A DNA stretch of 64,000 nt from the NCBI GenBank assembly GCA_963748215.1, contig CAVVHS010000007.1, forward strand, positions 224,001 through 288,000. Direction: 5' to 3'. Below, one piece after another: positions 40,867 to 51,081 of the stretch. Source of the DNA: an uncultured Gammaproteobacteria bacterium. Lineage in GTDB: Bacteria; Pseudomonadota; Gammaproteobacteria; UBA9214. The notes under the pieces were generated by a model that worked only from the letters and a program-made list of their open reading frames with translations, searched no databases and had not been told where the DNA came from. Every line of letters starts with the position of its first letter. The first letter of the stretch is position 1. Position numbers and translations under genes: made by a program.

Positions 40867-42010
40867 TTACTTCATCTCGATGGCGAATTGCCTGCGAAAG
40901 GTGCTGTACAGCTCGAGACGCGCGTCGGGTGTGGCGCTGGTGTACAGCAGGTGGCCGATATCCTGCCCGGCGCTTTCCCGCTTGCCGATAGTGTCCCCGG
41001 GCTGGATCCTGAGGCGGAATTCACGCGTGGCGGGGTGCTGCCTGAGCAGGTCATCGCCGCGGATCGCCGCGACCTGCCCGGCGCCGGGATGAAAAATTTC
41101 CACGCAGCTGTAGGCAGTGACGCCACCGGGGAAGTCGAAGTGCTCGCCCAGTTCCATGGCGAGTTGCGCGTCCCAGGGATTGAACGCGTACGCATATTGC
41201 ATGGCATTCATGATGTAGCCGCCCGGCGGGCGCAGGGCGATTTCGCCGAACAGGGGTCCATGATCGGTGAGGTAGACCTCGAGATGGGTGATGCCCCAGT
41301 CGATTTTCAATGCCTCGATGACGCGCCGGTTGAGTGCCTGCAGCGATTCCAGCAGGGCCGTGTCGAATGCCGAGGGGACGAAATTCACATGGCCTTTTTC
41401 AAGGTAGCGCGTGGTGTTGACGAAATGGACCTGGCTGTCGTTGACGAAGGATTCGATGCTCGCCTCGGGCGCGGACACGTAGCGCTCCAGGATGTTACGC
41501 CCGTCCTGCCGCAGGACCAGGTCCTGTTCCCGTTGAACCAGCTCCAGGCCGCGCCCGCCGGAGGATTTTCTGCGCTTGCGGACCAGCGGCGTACCGAGGC
41601 GTGCGAAGGCCTCTGCCGCTGACCGTGCGGAGGTTTCGGCCATGAAATCGGTCATCGGGATGTCGAAGCCGGACAGGTATTCTTTCATCGCCAGCTTGTC
41701 GCGGCAGCGCAGCGCGGTGGTGGTGGCCGAGCGTCGTGCGCCGAGTACCCGGCGTGCCACGGCGGCCGGGTAGACGGCCGCCTCGGTGCCGGCGATCACG
41801 TGCGTGTAGGGCGTGGCGCCGAATGATGCGCCGATGATTTGTCTGAGCTTGGCGGTCGTATTCCACAGCGGTGCCGTGACAAGCTGCCCGGCGTCCGCAA
41901 CTGGAAAAGCCGGCTTTTTCCCGCCACACCGCAAACGGGATGCCTCTGCGGCGCAATGCCTCTATGATTCCGCGGCGCGGACCAATGACCAGTACGCAGT
42001 AGTGACTCAA
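40867..42010 (-). pseudogene. ATP-grasp domain protein, frameshift at about 41917 in an A-run
   Basis: CRDKLAMK, SSGGRG, LERYV...E.SIES, THLEV and FGEIALRPPGG; the N-terminal 31 aa are in another frame. Confidence 0.7.
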
Positions 42011-42123
42011 CCCCGGGCTCCCTGTTTACAAACCGGATCTCGTTTAAAGGATGCAGTGTGCATGTTTCCGTGCAGGCAGATTGATATGGCGGGTCAATAG
42101 CAAACAGGGTGTCGATTTATTTC

Positions 42124-42235
42124 AGGAATCTCTGATTAATTCGTCATGCCGGCGAAGGCCGGCATCCAGGTCATTGAAAAATCTGGATCCCGGCATGCGC
42201 CGGGATGACAATGAGTGAATTAATCAGAGGTTCCT
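42124..42235. mobile_element. MITE family C, copy C3
   Basis: AGGAATCTCTGATTAATTC ... GAATTAATCAGAGGTTCCT; interior nearly identical to C2. Confidence 0.75.
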
Positions 42236-42306
42236 TTATTTATTTTGTCCGCGTGATGTACAGGGGATGCGCTGCCGTGGCAATGACTGGAACGGGTGAA
42301 TCGTTG

Positions 42307-43242
42307 TCACTCGGCGCGCGCAATACGTGTTACGCGGTCCCGTTCCAGTTCCAGTTCGGCCAGCACGCCGCGGTGGTCGGACACGGTGTCAGGCAGTACC
42401 TGGTAAGAGCGGAATACAATCCCCGGTGAGACCAGTATCCAGTCGAGCCGCTCGCCCAGGGCGGGAAAGGTATCGAGGTCCATGGCGTCCGGGCGGTAGG
42501 CGGTGAGCGCAAGTGCCTGGCAGATGTGCGCGACGGTGGAGTGCTCCTGCCAGCCATTGTTGAAGTCGCCCGTGACGATCAGCGGGCGCTGCCTGTCGCG
42601 CAGGGTTTCGATCAGCGCCTGGGCCTGTTGCCTGCGGGTCACTTCGCTGGCGAAGTCGAGGTGCAGCGAGACAATATCGACCTCGACATCGGGATGCCCC
42701 GGCCAGCGTGCCGTCGATACCACGAAACCCTTGGGCACCGGCGACAGTGCCGGATCGAAGGTGATGGCCCGCGGGTCCGTGAGGTCGAGATTCGCCACCA
42801 GGGCCGTGCCGTAGGTGAGCCCCAGTCCGTCCGCATGCATACCGTGTACCGAGTGGCTGAATGCGCCGTTGCGGGCGAGATAGTCGATGTGGTTGAAATT
42901 TCCGCTCCAGAACGAGGGGCCATCCGCTTCCTGCAGGGCGACCACCTGGGCGCCGCTGTTCCTGAGCAGGGTGGCGATACTGTCCAGGTTGGCCAGGGTA
43001 GTGGACGAGCCCTGCAGCAGCTGGTGGAAGCTGTCGCCGCGTCCATGCGCGATGTTGAGCGTCATGATCCGGATCGTGTCGTCATTCCTGCTGGCGACCG
43101 GGGCGAGCGCGCCGGGCGCGGCCAGGTAGGACTGGACCGGTGGCGTGGCATCGAGCCGTGCGGTGGCGCAGCCTGCCAGGACCAGGCAGGCAAGCGGCAG
43201 GCCACGGGCCAGCGAGCGCACGCGTTCCGGCAGGCGCATCAC
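42307..43242 (-). CDS. Endonuclease/exonuclease/phosphatase family lipoprotein
   Basis: Lipobox LAGC; MTLNIAHG, VALQEAD, HLD, GDFN, LDWILVS and SDH. Confidence 0.88.
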   Translation of the reverse strand: MMRLPERVRSLARGLPLACLVLAGCATARLDATPPVQSYLAAPGALAPVASRNDDTIRIMTLNIAHGRGDSFHQLLQGSSTTLANLDSIATLLRNSGAQVVALQEADGPSFWSGNFNHIDYLARNGAFSHSVHGMHADGLGLTYGTALVANLDLTDPRAITFDPALSPVPKGFVVSTARWPGHPDVEVDIVSLHLDFASEVTRRQQAQALIETLRDRQRPLIVTGDFNNGWQEHSTVAHICQALALTAYRPDAMDLDTFPALGERLDWILVSPGIVFRSYQVLPDTVSDHRGVLAELELERDRVTRIARAE

Positions 43243-43628
43243 GGGCGGCGTTCCCGGTAGGCGGCGAGTTCGACCCGGAGCCAGTCACCGGTCGGGACCA
43301 CGTGACCCTGGCCGTCGATGACCAGGTAGGGTTTGCCGCTTAACAGGCTTTTGGTCGCGCACAGCGCGATGAAGTCCTCGGGTGTCGCGATGTCGTCCCG
43401 GAAATGGCGGTATTTTTTCAGCATGTGTTCGGCGGCCTGCTTCGGCGTGTACTCGCTGGCGTTGCGCACGAAGGTCAGGTCGGAGCCCGAGACATAGCTG
43501 ATCAGGTGCTGGACCGTCTGCTCGACCTGCGTGCCCGGTGCGCTCCCGGCCGGGCCGGTCACCAGCAGCAGGCACAGCGCCAGTGCGATCAGGGCGGCGA
43601 ATGCCGGGTGTGGGTGGTGTGCTTGCAT
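43239..43628 (-). CDS. DUF5329-like exported protein
   Basis: FVRN..EY....A..H...K and EDFI.LCATKS..SGKPY. Confidence 0.75.
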   Translation of the reverse strand: MQAHHPHPAFAALIALALCLLLVTGPAGSAPGTQVEQTVQHLISYVSGSDLTFVRNASEYTPKQAAEHMLKKYRHFRDDIATPEDFIALCATKSLLSGKPYLVIDGQGHVVPTGDWLRVELAAYRERRP

Positions 43629-43826
43629 CGCGTTGTTTCCGTGTCTCTTGTCGGGTGGATGACCCTTCGAGCGGCATGCCTGCCTTCCTGCATCAATCCG
43701 AGTATGGGCAGGCTTGATATGACAGCATACCGGGGTTTGCGTGAAGCAGATTCTAGCGATCGGCGGAGAGCGAAGGAAGAGGTCTGATCGTTTTTTCCTC
43801 CTGGCAGGGCGGGATTTGCGCTGCCG

Positions 43827-44312
43827 TCACTGCGGGGTCGTGTCGCCGACCAGGGTGTAGCCGCTGACCTCGGTGATGACCGGCCTGCCGTTTTCCAGGG
43901 TATAGATGGTGTATTCGCGGAACCGGCTGGTCATTTCCGCGCCGTCCAGGACGACGTGCTCGATGACGGTCGAGTAGGATTCACCGCTCAGGCCGTCGGG
44001 CATGATATGAATCTCGGTGTCGAAGCGCTGATAGTCGTACGCCCCGATGTTCACCCAGCCCGCGTCGATCAGCTCCAGGTATTGGTCCTTGTCGATCCTG
44101 ACCTTCGCCATCCATTTCTTGTACTGAAACTCGATGACCTTTTTGAACGTGTCACTCAGGTACAGCCCGATGCCCGCGGTATCGCAGTCCATCGCGGCCG
44201 CATCGGTGGCATCGATCACCTGCTGGATCTGTTCCTCGGTTATCCGGTCAGCCGCCTGGGCCGGGAGTGACAGCAATGCAGCCAGCACGGTGCCTGTTAA
44301 CTGTTGGTTCAT
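43827..44312 (-). CDS. Exported hypothetical protein (possibly NTF2-like)
   Basis: Signal peptide, GGAGA RBS and coherent codon usage. Confidence 0.65.
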   Translation of the reverse strand: MNQQLTGTVLAALLSLPAQAADRITEEQIQQVIDATDAAAMDCDTAGIGLYLSDTFKKVIEFQYKKWMAKVRIDKDQYLELIDAGWVNIGAYDYQRFDTEIHIMPDGLSGESYSTVIEHVVLDGAEMTSRFREYTIYTLENGRPVITEVSGYTLVGDTTPQ

Positions 44313-44534
44313 ATTATTGTTCTCCCGTGCCGGCCTGGCGCACGGGGGATGTCATGTGCAGCACAGGTCATTACGTTCAGGGTCAATTAGATCACCCGGC
44401 GCTCTCCCGTGATATTGGACAAAGGTGCGTGGTGAGGCAGGGTATAACGCGAAAAAATACTAAATATCAGATAAATAGCGTGGATTGTTCGCGTATTCTC
44501 CTCTGGAGGGCTCGATGCTGGGCAAGAAGATCGT

Positions 44535-44816
44535 GTGCCGCAAGGTGACGGTGACAGGGACAGTGCCAGCAGCAAGTTGCCCGACTCCCTGTCGGCCTCC
44601 TATGGCGGCATGGCATGCATGCTTGACCGGACGACCTTCAGCAAGGATGGCAATGTAATACTGGTCGTGGATGACGAGAGTCAACCCGGTACCTACCGCA
44701 TGTCGGGGGACCAGGTGGAGGTGACCGTGAAGGGCGATTCCATCAAGTTCACGCTTAACGGCAATGACCTGGTAACGACCATTGAAGGTCAGCGGACCAT
44801 CTGCTCGAAACTCTGA
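44535..44816 (+). CDS. Small hypothetical protein or gene fragment (beta-rich)
   Basis: Coding-like C-terminal part (TFSKDG...GTY...GD.V) but no convincing start. Confidence 0.35.
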   Translation: MPQGDGDRDSASSKLPDSLSASYGGMACMLDRTTFSKDGNVILVVDDESQPGTYRMSGDQVEVTVKGDSIKFTLNGNDLVTTIEGQRTICSKL

Positions 44817-44864
44817 AGGCGGACGGCAGGGGAAAGGCATCGCTCGCGCATGCCCGCGCTCCTG

Positions 44865-45035
44865 CACCCGAATAGCTGCACCTGCAGGAGCGGATTCCAT
44901 CCGCGATCTTTTCGAAAAAAACCTAGCGCTTGAGAAGCGCTCCTACAATGATGTTCGATCACGAACGCACGCGCAGGAGCGGACCGCGTCCCCGATCTTT
45001 TCGAAAAGACCTCGCGTTTGCGAAGCGTGCCTACA
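44865..45035. repeat. Degenerate R3 REP cluster
   Basis: GCAGGAGCGGATTCCATCCGCGA and TGAGAAGCGCTCCTAC; similar to 52722-52817. Confidence 0.55.
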
Positions 45036-45699
45036 ACCCCGACGCCAGGCGGTGGGCGTGACGCGTGGTTTCGGGCAGGCGGTAGCGGGTGGTGCAGCGC
45101 AGGGTGTAATCGATCGCCGTCGCCAGGTTCACGCGATGGCCGATCGATACATACACCGGGCTGACACGGGTGCGTGTGCGCAGGACGGCACCGATTGTTT
45201 CGCCCCTGTCCACCAGTGGCACCCATCGGCCCTTGTCGGGCGGCACCGCGTCATGGCTGCCGATCAGGCGCGACTTGGCCACCCCGATGCAGGGAATATC
45301 CGTCAGCACGCCCAGGTGGCAGGCCAGGCCGAAGCGGCGCGGGTGGGCCAGGCCCTGGCCATCGCACAGGATGAGGTCGGGCGGGGTTACGAGACGGTCC
45401 AGTGCCTCCAGTACCGCGGGCAACTCGCGAAACGACAGGTAGCCGGGGACGTAGGGAAAGCGGGTCGGGCAGCGGCTGATGGCTTGTGCAAGCGGTTCCA
45501 GCCCGGGAAAGGCGAGTACGACGACTGCGGCGCGGGTGGTCTTGCCCTGGTCCTCGAAGCCGACATCGACACCGGCCACGCTGTGGACCGGTCCGAGCCG
45601 GTCCTCGCGCAGCACCTGTCCGCGCAGCGCCTCCTGGATGGCGCGGGCCGATGCGACGTCGCCGGGCCATTCGATATCACGGCTTGCTTCACGGTGCAT
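45031..45699 (-). CDS. nfi: Endonuclease V (deoxyinosine 3' endonuclease)
   Basis: [45 protein letters not shown] and RLPETTR.AH. Confidence 0.95.
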   Translation of the reverse strand: MHREASRDIEWPGDVASARAIQEALRGQVLREDRLGPVHSVAGVDVGFEDQGKTTRAAVVVLAFPGLEPLAQAISRCPTRFPYVPGYLSFRELPAVLEALDRLVTPPDLILCDGQGLAHPRRFGLACHLGVLTDIPCIGVAKSRLIGSHDAVPPDKGRWVPLVDRGETIGAVLRTRTRVSPVYVSIGHRVNLATAIDYTLRCTTRYRLPETTRHAHRLASGL

Positions 45700-45862
45700 G
45701 GTGCCATTGTAAGCGGGAACGCCGCTACGGGCGCGAAACGTGATCCATGAACCCCTGTTTCGCATGCAGCCGTGCAGGCTCGCGAGAATCCGCTCTCGCG
45801 CAGATTCGCAGGGGTAGTCATGTGAAAACCATTTCGCGAAAATGACGCCAGGGCACAAAGCC

Positions 45863-46031
45863 AGGGAAGCTCTGATTGATCCGTCATTCCGGGCGAACCC
45901 CGGACTTGATTCGGGGGGAGACGCGCAATCCAGGCGTTACAATTCAGGCCGTTACCGGATTCCTGCCCCTGCCTTCGCAGGGGCAGGCTCTGCGCCGGAA
46001 TGACGAGCATTGAACTAATCTGAGCTTCCCT
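45863..46031. mobile_element. MITE family C, copy C4, expanded by extra hairpins
   Basis: AGGGAAGCTCTGATT ... AATCTGAGCTTCCCT; R5 arms interrupted by CCCCGGACTTGATTCGGGG and CCTGCCCCTGCCTTCGCAGGGGCAGG. Confidence 0.6.
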
Positions 46032-46460
46032 AATATTGTCGCAGGGGGAACGAGATGGCAGGCCGGATCAACCGCGCAGCACTGTGTGTATTTCATGCCA
46101 TGCAAAGACCGCGCTTGTGAAACGCTCCTGCCTGATCAGGTGATCTGCGGTACAGGCCGTGTCCGCGATCTGATATGTTTGGCGGGGGCGCCGCGCATCG
46201 AGACTGCATCCCTGTCCCGCGCTGAGGCGCAGAGCATAAATCCGGGCGTGATGCGGTGAGCTTGCGAACCGCATCGGTCTGCTTGTGCCATTGCTGCCGG
46301 TGGCGGGTACCGGGGGACGGATGCGGTCCGCGAATGACGCGATGACCGCACCCGCGGGCACATCGGCAGTACCCTGGAATTGGCAAAAGCCGGATAATAC
46401 GGGCATGGTCTCCCTCTTCACCTGGAACGATCGGACACGCATGCAACTGAATTCGCTGTG

Positions 46461-47165
46461 ATGAAACCTATTCGCTGCTTTCGACATGTCGTGTGCGAGC
46501 CGCCCGGTTACCTCGGCACGCTGCTGGAGGCGCGCGGTTACCCGTTCGAGGTGGTGTGCCTCGACCAGGGGGTGGACGTGCCGTCCGACCTCGACACGGT
46601 GGCCGGACTGGTGTTCATGGGTGGCGCAGGCAACGTCTGTGAACCCACCAACTGGATGCAGCAGGAACTCGACCTGATCGCTCGCGCGGTGGAGCGGGGC
46701 ATCCCGATGCTGGGCATTTGCCTGGGAGCGCAGCTCATCGGCAGGGTGCTGGGTGGCAGTGTCATGCCCAATGCCACGCTGGAAATCGGCTGGCACCCGG
46801 TGGAGCAAATAGCGGATTCATCCGCGTCCGGGTGGTTCGCCGGGCTGCCGCCGCGCTTCGAGGTGTTCCAGTGGCATGCGCATACCTTCACCATTCCGCC
46901 CGGCGCCGTCGCGCTGCTGCGCGGCCGGTGTGCCGAACACCAGGCATTTGCGCTGGGTAATATCCTGGCCGTACAGTTTCATGTCGAGATCATGCCGCAC
47001 TCCATCGAGGGACTGACGCAGCGTTTCAGCAGTGACATCGAACAGCTCTCGGACTGCGTGCAGGGCGCGGACGTCATCACCGCCGACCTGGAGGCGCGTA
47101 CGCACCGCCTGCACCGGATCGCGGATGTCGTGTTCGGACGCTGGTTGCAGACGGTCTACGCCTGA
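46461..47165 (+). CDS. Type 1 glutamine amidotransferase (GMP synthase-like)
   Basis: E.PG, LGICLGAQL, EIGW, FQWH and QFHVE. Confidence 0.88.
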   Translation: MKPIRCFRHVVCEPPGYLGTLLEARGYPFEVVCLDQGVDVPSDLDTVAGLVFMGGAGNVCEPTNWMQQELDLIARAVERGIPMLGICLGAQLIGRVLGGSVMPNATLEIGWHPVEQIADSSASGWFAGLPPRFEVFQWHAHTFTIPPGAVALLRGRCAEHQAFALGNILAVQFHVEIMPHSIEGLTQRFSSDIEQLSDCVQGADVITADLEARTHRLHRIADVVFGRWLQTVYA

Positions 47166-47246
47166 CAGTCGGTGGCAAACCCGATCCTGTGCTATCGTGA
47201 TTTCCTGTGCATGCTCTGCATGTACTGCGTGATGACAGGAGCGCCG

Positions 47247-47870
47247 ATGGCCGGATCGCGTGACACCATTCAACTGCCGGAACCGGTGCATGAGGCTGAC
47301 CGGCCGCTGGAGGAACTGTTGCGGCAGCGCCGTTCGGTGCGTGATTACCAGGCCGCGGCGCTGCAGTTGTCCGATATCGGCCAGTTGCTGTGGGCGGCGC
47401 AGGGCATTACCCATCCGGCGGGTCTGCGCACGGCACCCTCGGCCGGCGCGCTCTACCCGCTGGAAGTCTACCTCGTCGCCGGTGCTGTGAACGGACTGGC
47501 GGCCGGCGTGTATCACTACCAGGCCAACGGTCATCGGCTGACCCGCTTGCAGGACGGTGACCGGCGCATCGTGCTGGCGCAGGCCGCCCATGGGCAAGAC
47601 TGGGTCAGAGACGCCGCGGCCGTGGTGGTGTTTGCGGCGGTGTACCAGCGCACCACGCGTAAATACGGCGAGCGGGGTGTGCGCTACGTCCACATCGAGA
47701 CAGGCCACGCGGCACAGAACCTTTTCCTGCAGGCGCAGGCGCTGGGACTGGCATCGGTGGTCGTCGGCGCCTTTGGCGATGATGCGGTGGCGCGCGTATT
47801 GCAGTTGCCGGCCGATGTGCAGCCGCTGGTACTCATGCCGGTCGGGCCGGCGGGGCCGGCGGCCCGTTGA
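47247..47870 (+). CDS. SagB/ThcOx-type nitroreductase
   Basis: RRSVR, QLLWAAQG, RTAPSAGALYPLE and KYGERG.RY...E.GHAAQN; AGGAG RBS before 47247. Confidence 0.88.
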   Translation: MAGSRDTIQLPEPVHEADRPLEELLRQRRSVRDYQAAALQLSDIGQLLWAAQGITHPAGLRTAPSAGALYPLEVYLVAGAVNGLAAGVYHYQANGHRLTRLQDGDRRIVLAQAAHGQDWVRDAAAVVVFAAVYQRTTRKYGERGVRYVHIETGHAAQNLFLQAQALGLASVVVGAFGDDAVARVLQLPADVQPLVLMPVGPAGPAAR

Positions 47871-47969
47871 GCCCGGGAACCGCACTGCGCGCCGGTCGTT
47901 TTCAAACCGGCGGTCTTTCATAGACTGCCCGGATCGACTATCCCATCCACTCATCACAAAGGTGAACAC

Positions 47970-48470
47970 ATGTCTGTGAAAACTACGCAATACCAGAGAC
48001 CCGGCGCACGCGCACTGATTCTCGCCCTCGCACTGCTGGTGCTGCTGGGCGCCGGTTGCTCCGAGAAGGAGACCACGGCGCCCGAGGAAGCGGTGCCGGC
48101 AGGGGAAGCCACCCAGCCGATGGTGGCACCGGAGGCCGCACCGCCCGCCGCGGCCCCTGAACCTGCCGCCACCGCCCCGGCTGTCGAAGAACCGGCCGCA
48201 GATGCACCGGCCGAGACCCAGGCCGCCGCCGTGGACGGGGAGCAGATCTACAAGTCATCCTGCCAGGTCTGCCACGCGGCCGGGGTCGCGGGTGCACCGA
48301 AAGCGGGTGACAAGGCGGCCTGGGCACCGCGCATCGCCAAGGGTAATGATGCCCTGCTTTCCTCGGTCATGAATGGACTCAACGCCATGCCGCCGAAAGG
48401 TGCCTGCATGACCTGCAGCGATGACGAGCTGCGCGCCGCGTTGCAGTACCTGGTCGATCAGGGCTCCTGA
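47970..48470 (+). CDS. Cytochrome c5 family lipoprotein
   Basis: Lipobox GAGC, Ala/Pro/Glu linker, CQVCH, GAPK.GD..AW..R and MPPKG.C..C. Confidence 0.9.
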   Translation: MSVKTTQYQRPGARALILALALLVLLGAGCSEKETTAPEEAVPAGEATQPMVAPEAAPPAAAPEPAATAPAVEEPAADAPAETQAAAVDGEQIYKSSCQVCHAAGVAGAPKAGDKAAWAPRIAKGNDALLSSVMNGLNAMPPKGACMTCSDDELRAALQYLVDQGS

Positions 48471-48477
48471 GCGTTAC

Positions 48478-48506
48478 CCCGGAGACGGCGAGTTGCCGTC
48501 TCCGGG
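48478..48506 (+). terminator. Hairpin, probable terminator
   Basis: CCCGGAGACGGC-GAGTT-GCCGTCTCCGGG; lacks a U-tract. Confidence 0.45.
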
Positions 48507-48519
48507 CCATCAACAGCAG

Positions 48520-48573
48520 AACAGGGGACAGACCACGTTTTCCCGATCGGGAAAACGTGGTCTGTCCCCTGTT
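48520..48573. repeat. Perfect 54-bp palindrome (GGGGACAGACCACG family)
   Basis: AACAGGGGACAGACCACGTTTTCCCGA|TCGGGAAAACGTGGTCTGTCCCCTGTT, no loop and no mismatch. Confidence 0.9.
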
Positions 48574-48590
48574 TATTTGGAAAAGCGTGA

Positions 48591-49778
48591 TTAACGGATA
48601 ACGCCCAGTTCCCGGCCGACTGCGGTGAAGGCCACCAGCGCCCGGTCCAGGTGGGCTCGGGTGTGGGCCGCGGAGACCTGGGTGCGGATGCGTGCCTGGC
48701 CTTCGGGCACCACGGGATAGAAAAACCCGATCACGTAGATACCGTGTTCCAGCAGGCGCGCCGCCATCTGCTGGGCCAGCGGTGCCTCGTACAGCATGAT
48801 CGGCACGATCGGATGGTCGCCCGGCCTGATGTCGAAGCCGGCGCTGCCCAGTTGTTCCCTGAAGTACTGCGTGTTGGCTCGCAGGCGATCGCGCAGATCG
48901 TCGGACCGGGTGAGCAGGTCGAGCGACCGGATGCCGGCCGCTGCCAGGGCCGGTGTCAGGGTGTTGGAGAACAGGTAGGGGCGGGAGCGCTGGCGCAGCA
49001 GGTCCACGACCGGCTGCGCGGCGGCGGTAAACCCGCCGGAGCCGCCGCCCAGGGCCTTGCCCAGGGTGGAGGTGGTGATATCGATGCGCTCCATCACCCC
49101 GCACTGTTCCGCCGTACCGCGGCCACCGGGGCCGACGAACCCGGTCGCGTGCGAGTCGTCGACCATGACCAGGGCATCGTACTGCCTGGCCAGGGCCGTG
49201 ATATCGGCCAGCCGGGCCATGTCGCCGTCCATGCTGAACACGCCGTCGGTCGCAATCAGCCGGGTGCGCGCGCCGGCGGTGGCCTTGAGTTGTGCCTCGA
49301 GGTTGTCCATGTCGCTGTGGCGGTAGCGCAGGCGTGCCGCCTTGCACAGGCGGATACCGTCAATGATGGAGGCGTGGTTGAGCTGGTCGCTGATGACGGC
49401 ATCCTCCTCGCCCAGCAGCGTTTCGAACAGGCCCGTGTTGGCATCGAAGCAGGAAGTGTAGAGGATGGCGTCGTCGGTGTGCAGGAAACTGGCGAGCGTC
49501 CGCTCCAGCTGCTTGTGCAAGTCCTGCGTGCCGCAGATGAAGCGCACCGAGGCCATGCCGAAGCCGTGAGTCCGGAGCGCGTCGATCGCTGCCTGCACCA
49601 GCTCGGGATGGTTGGCGAGACCGAGGTAATTGTTGGCGCAGAAGTTCAATACTTCGCCGGCCTCGCGGGTCGCGATCTCGACGCCCTGCGGCGTGGTGAT
49701 GACGCGCTCGCGCTTGTACAGACCCTGTTGCTCGATCGCTTGCAGTTCGGTCAGGAATCGACTGGACGGTTTTGTCAT
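48591..49778 (-). CDS. kbl: 2-amino-3-ketobutyrate CoA ligase (glycine C-acetyltransferase)
   Basis: [45 protein letters not shown] and [11 protein letters not shown]. Confidence 0.96.
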   Translation of the reverse strand: MTKPSSRFLTELQAIEQQGLYKRERVITTPQGVEIATREAGEVLNFCANNYLGLANHPELVQAAIDALRTHGFGMASVRFICGTQDLHKQLERTLASFLHTDDAILYTSCFDANTGLFETLLGEEDAVISDQLNHASIIDGIRLCKAARLRYRHSDMDNLEAQLKATAGARTRLIATDGVFSMDGDMARLADITALARQYDALVMVDDSHATGFVGPGGRGTAEQCGVMERIDITTSTLGKALGGGSGGFTAAAQPVVDLLRQRSRPYLFSNTLTPALAAAGIRSLDLLTRSDDLRDRLRANTQYFREQLGSAGFDIRPGDHPIVPIMLYEAPLAQQMAARLLEHGIYVIGFFYPVVPEGQARIRTQVSAAHTRAHLDRALVAFTAVGRELGVIR

Positions 49779-50857
49779 TCGAGGGGGCTCTCCGTGACAT
49801 CCTGACTTGTTCCGGGTCCGTGGCGCCAGTCCAGCAATACCTTGCCGCACTCGCCGGAATGGACCACGTCGAAGGCCTGGTGGTAGTCAGCCACCGGGAA
49901 CACGTGCGTGATCACCGGTGCGATGTCCAGGCCGCTGCGTAGCAACTGCGTCATCTTGTACCAGGTTTCGAACATCTCGCGTCCGTAGATGCCTTTCAGG
50001 TGCAGGCCCTTGAAAATGACATCATCCCAGTTGATTTGGGTGGTCGGCGGCAGAAAGCCCAGCAGGCCGATGTGCCCGCCGTGATACATGTGCGTGATCA
50101 TGTCGTTGAAGGCCTGCGCGTTGCCGGACATCTCCAGGCCAACATCGAAGCCGTTGGACATCTTCAGCTCGCGCACCATGTCATCGAGTGTGCTGCGGCC
50201 GACATGCACGCGGCGGCAAGTGGTGACTTTTTCCGCCAGTGCCAGGCGGTAGTCGTTGACATCGGTAATGACCACATGCCGGGCGCCGACGAAGCGGCAG
50301 ATCGCTGCGGCCATGATGCCGATCGGCCCGGCGCCGGTGACCAGCACGTCCTCGCCGATCAGGTCGAAGGACAGTGCGGTGTGCACGGCGTTGCCGAGCG
50401 GGTCCATGATGGCGGCAATGGTAGGAGGGATATCCGGGTGCACCTTCCACACGTTGGCGGCGGGCACGGCCAGGTATTCCGCGAAGGCGCCGTCACGACC
50501 GCCACCGATGCCGACGGCGAGGTGGCACAGGTGCCGTTTTCCGGCGCGGCAATTGCGGCACAGGCCGCAGGTGATGTGTCCCTCGGCGGTGACCCGGTCG
50601 CCGACGGCAATGCCGCTGACACCGGGGCCAATGGCGACAATTTCACCTACGAATTCATGGCCGATGATGCGCGGCACCTGGATGTGGCGCTGTGCCCAGC
50701 CATCCCAGTTGTAGATGTGCAGGTCGGTGCCGCAGATGCCGGTCATGTGAACCCGGATCAGGACCTCGTTGGTCGCCGGGCTGGGCACGGGCACCGATGC
50801 CAGCCAGATGCCGGCCTCTGCGCGGTTCTTGACCAGGGCCTTCATGGTGGTTTGCAT
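49775..50857 (-). CDS. tdh: L-threonine 3-dehydrogenase
   Basis: [33 protein letters not shown] and [14 protein letters not shown]; in an operon with kbl. Confidence 0.96.
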   Translation of the reverse strand: MQTTMKALVKNRAEAGIWLASVPVPSPATNEVLIRVHMTGICGTDLHIYNWDGWAQRHIQVPRIIGHEFVGEIVAIGPGVSGIAVGDRVTAEGHITCGLCRNCRAGKRHLCHLAVGIGGGRDGAFAEYLAVPAANVWKVHPDIPPTIAAIMDPLGNAVHTALSFDLIGEDVLVTGAGPIGIMAAAICRFVGARHVVITDVNDYRLALAEKVTTCRRVHVGRSTLDDMVRELKMSNGFDVGLEMSGNAQAFNDMITHMYHGGHIGLLGFLPPTTQINWDDVIFKGLHLKGIYGREMFETWYKMTQLLRSGLDIAPVITHVFPVADYHQAFDVVHSGECGKVLLDWRHGPGTSQDVTESPLE

Positions 50858-51081
50858 GGCCGTATGTGCGACTGGAAAAATTGTGACGGTCACCGATTAT
50901 TCCACATCACACCCGCGCTGGCTTGCCCGGGGTGCCCGAATCTGTCAGGGAATTTGGGGGGAGAGACCGCGTTTTCAATAACATCTCCAGGCAATACATC
51001 AAGGTGAACAACGGAAAAAACATGTCTGTCCCCAATTTCGTGGCGTATCCTGCGGCTGATGGATACCCTGCGCGATCGTAA

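Noticed and set aside
46068-46450. Short ORFs between MITE C4 and the amidotransferase
   Set aside because: No coherent coding signal or recognisable family.
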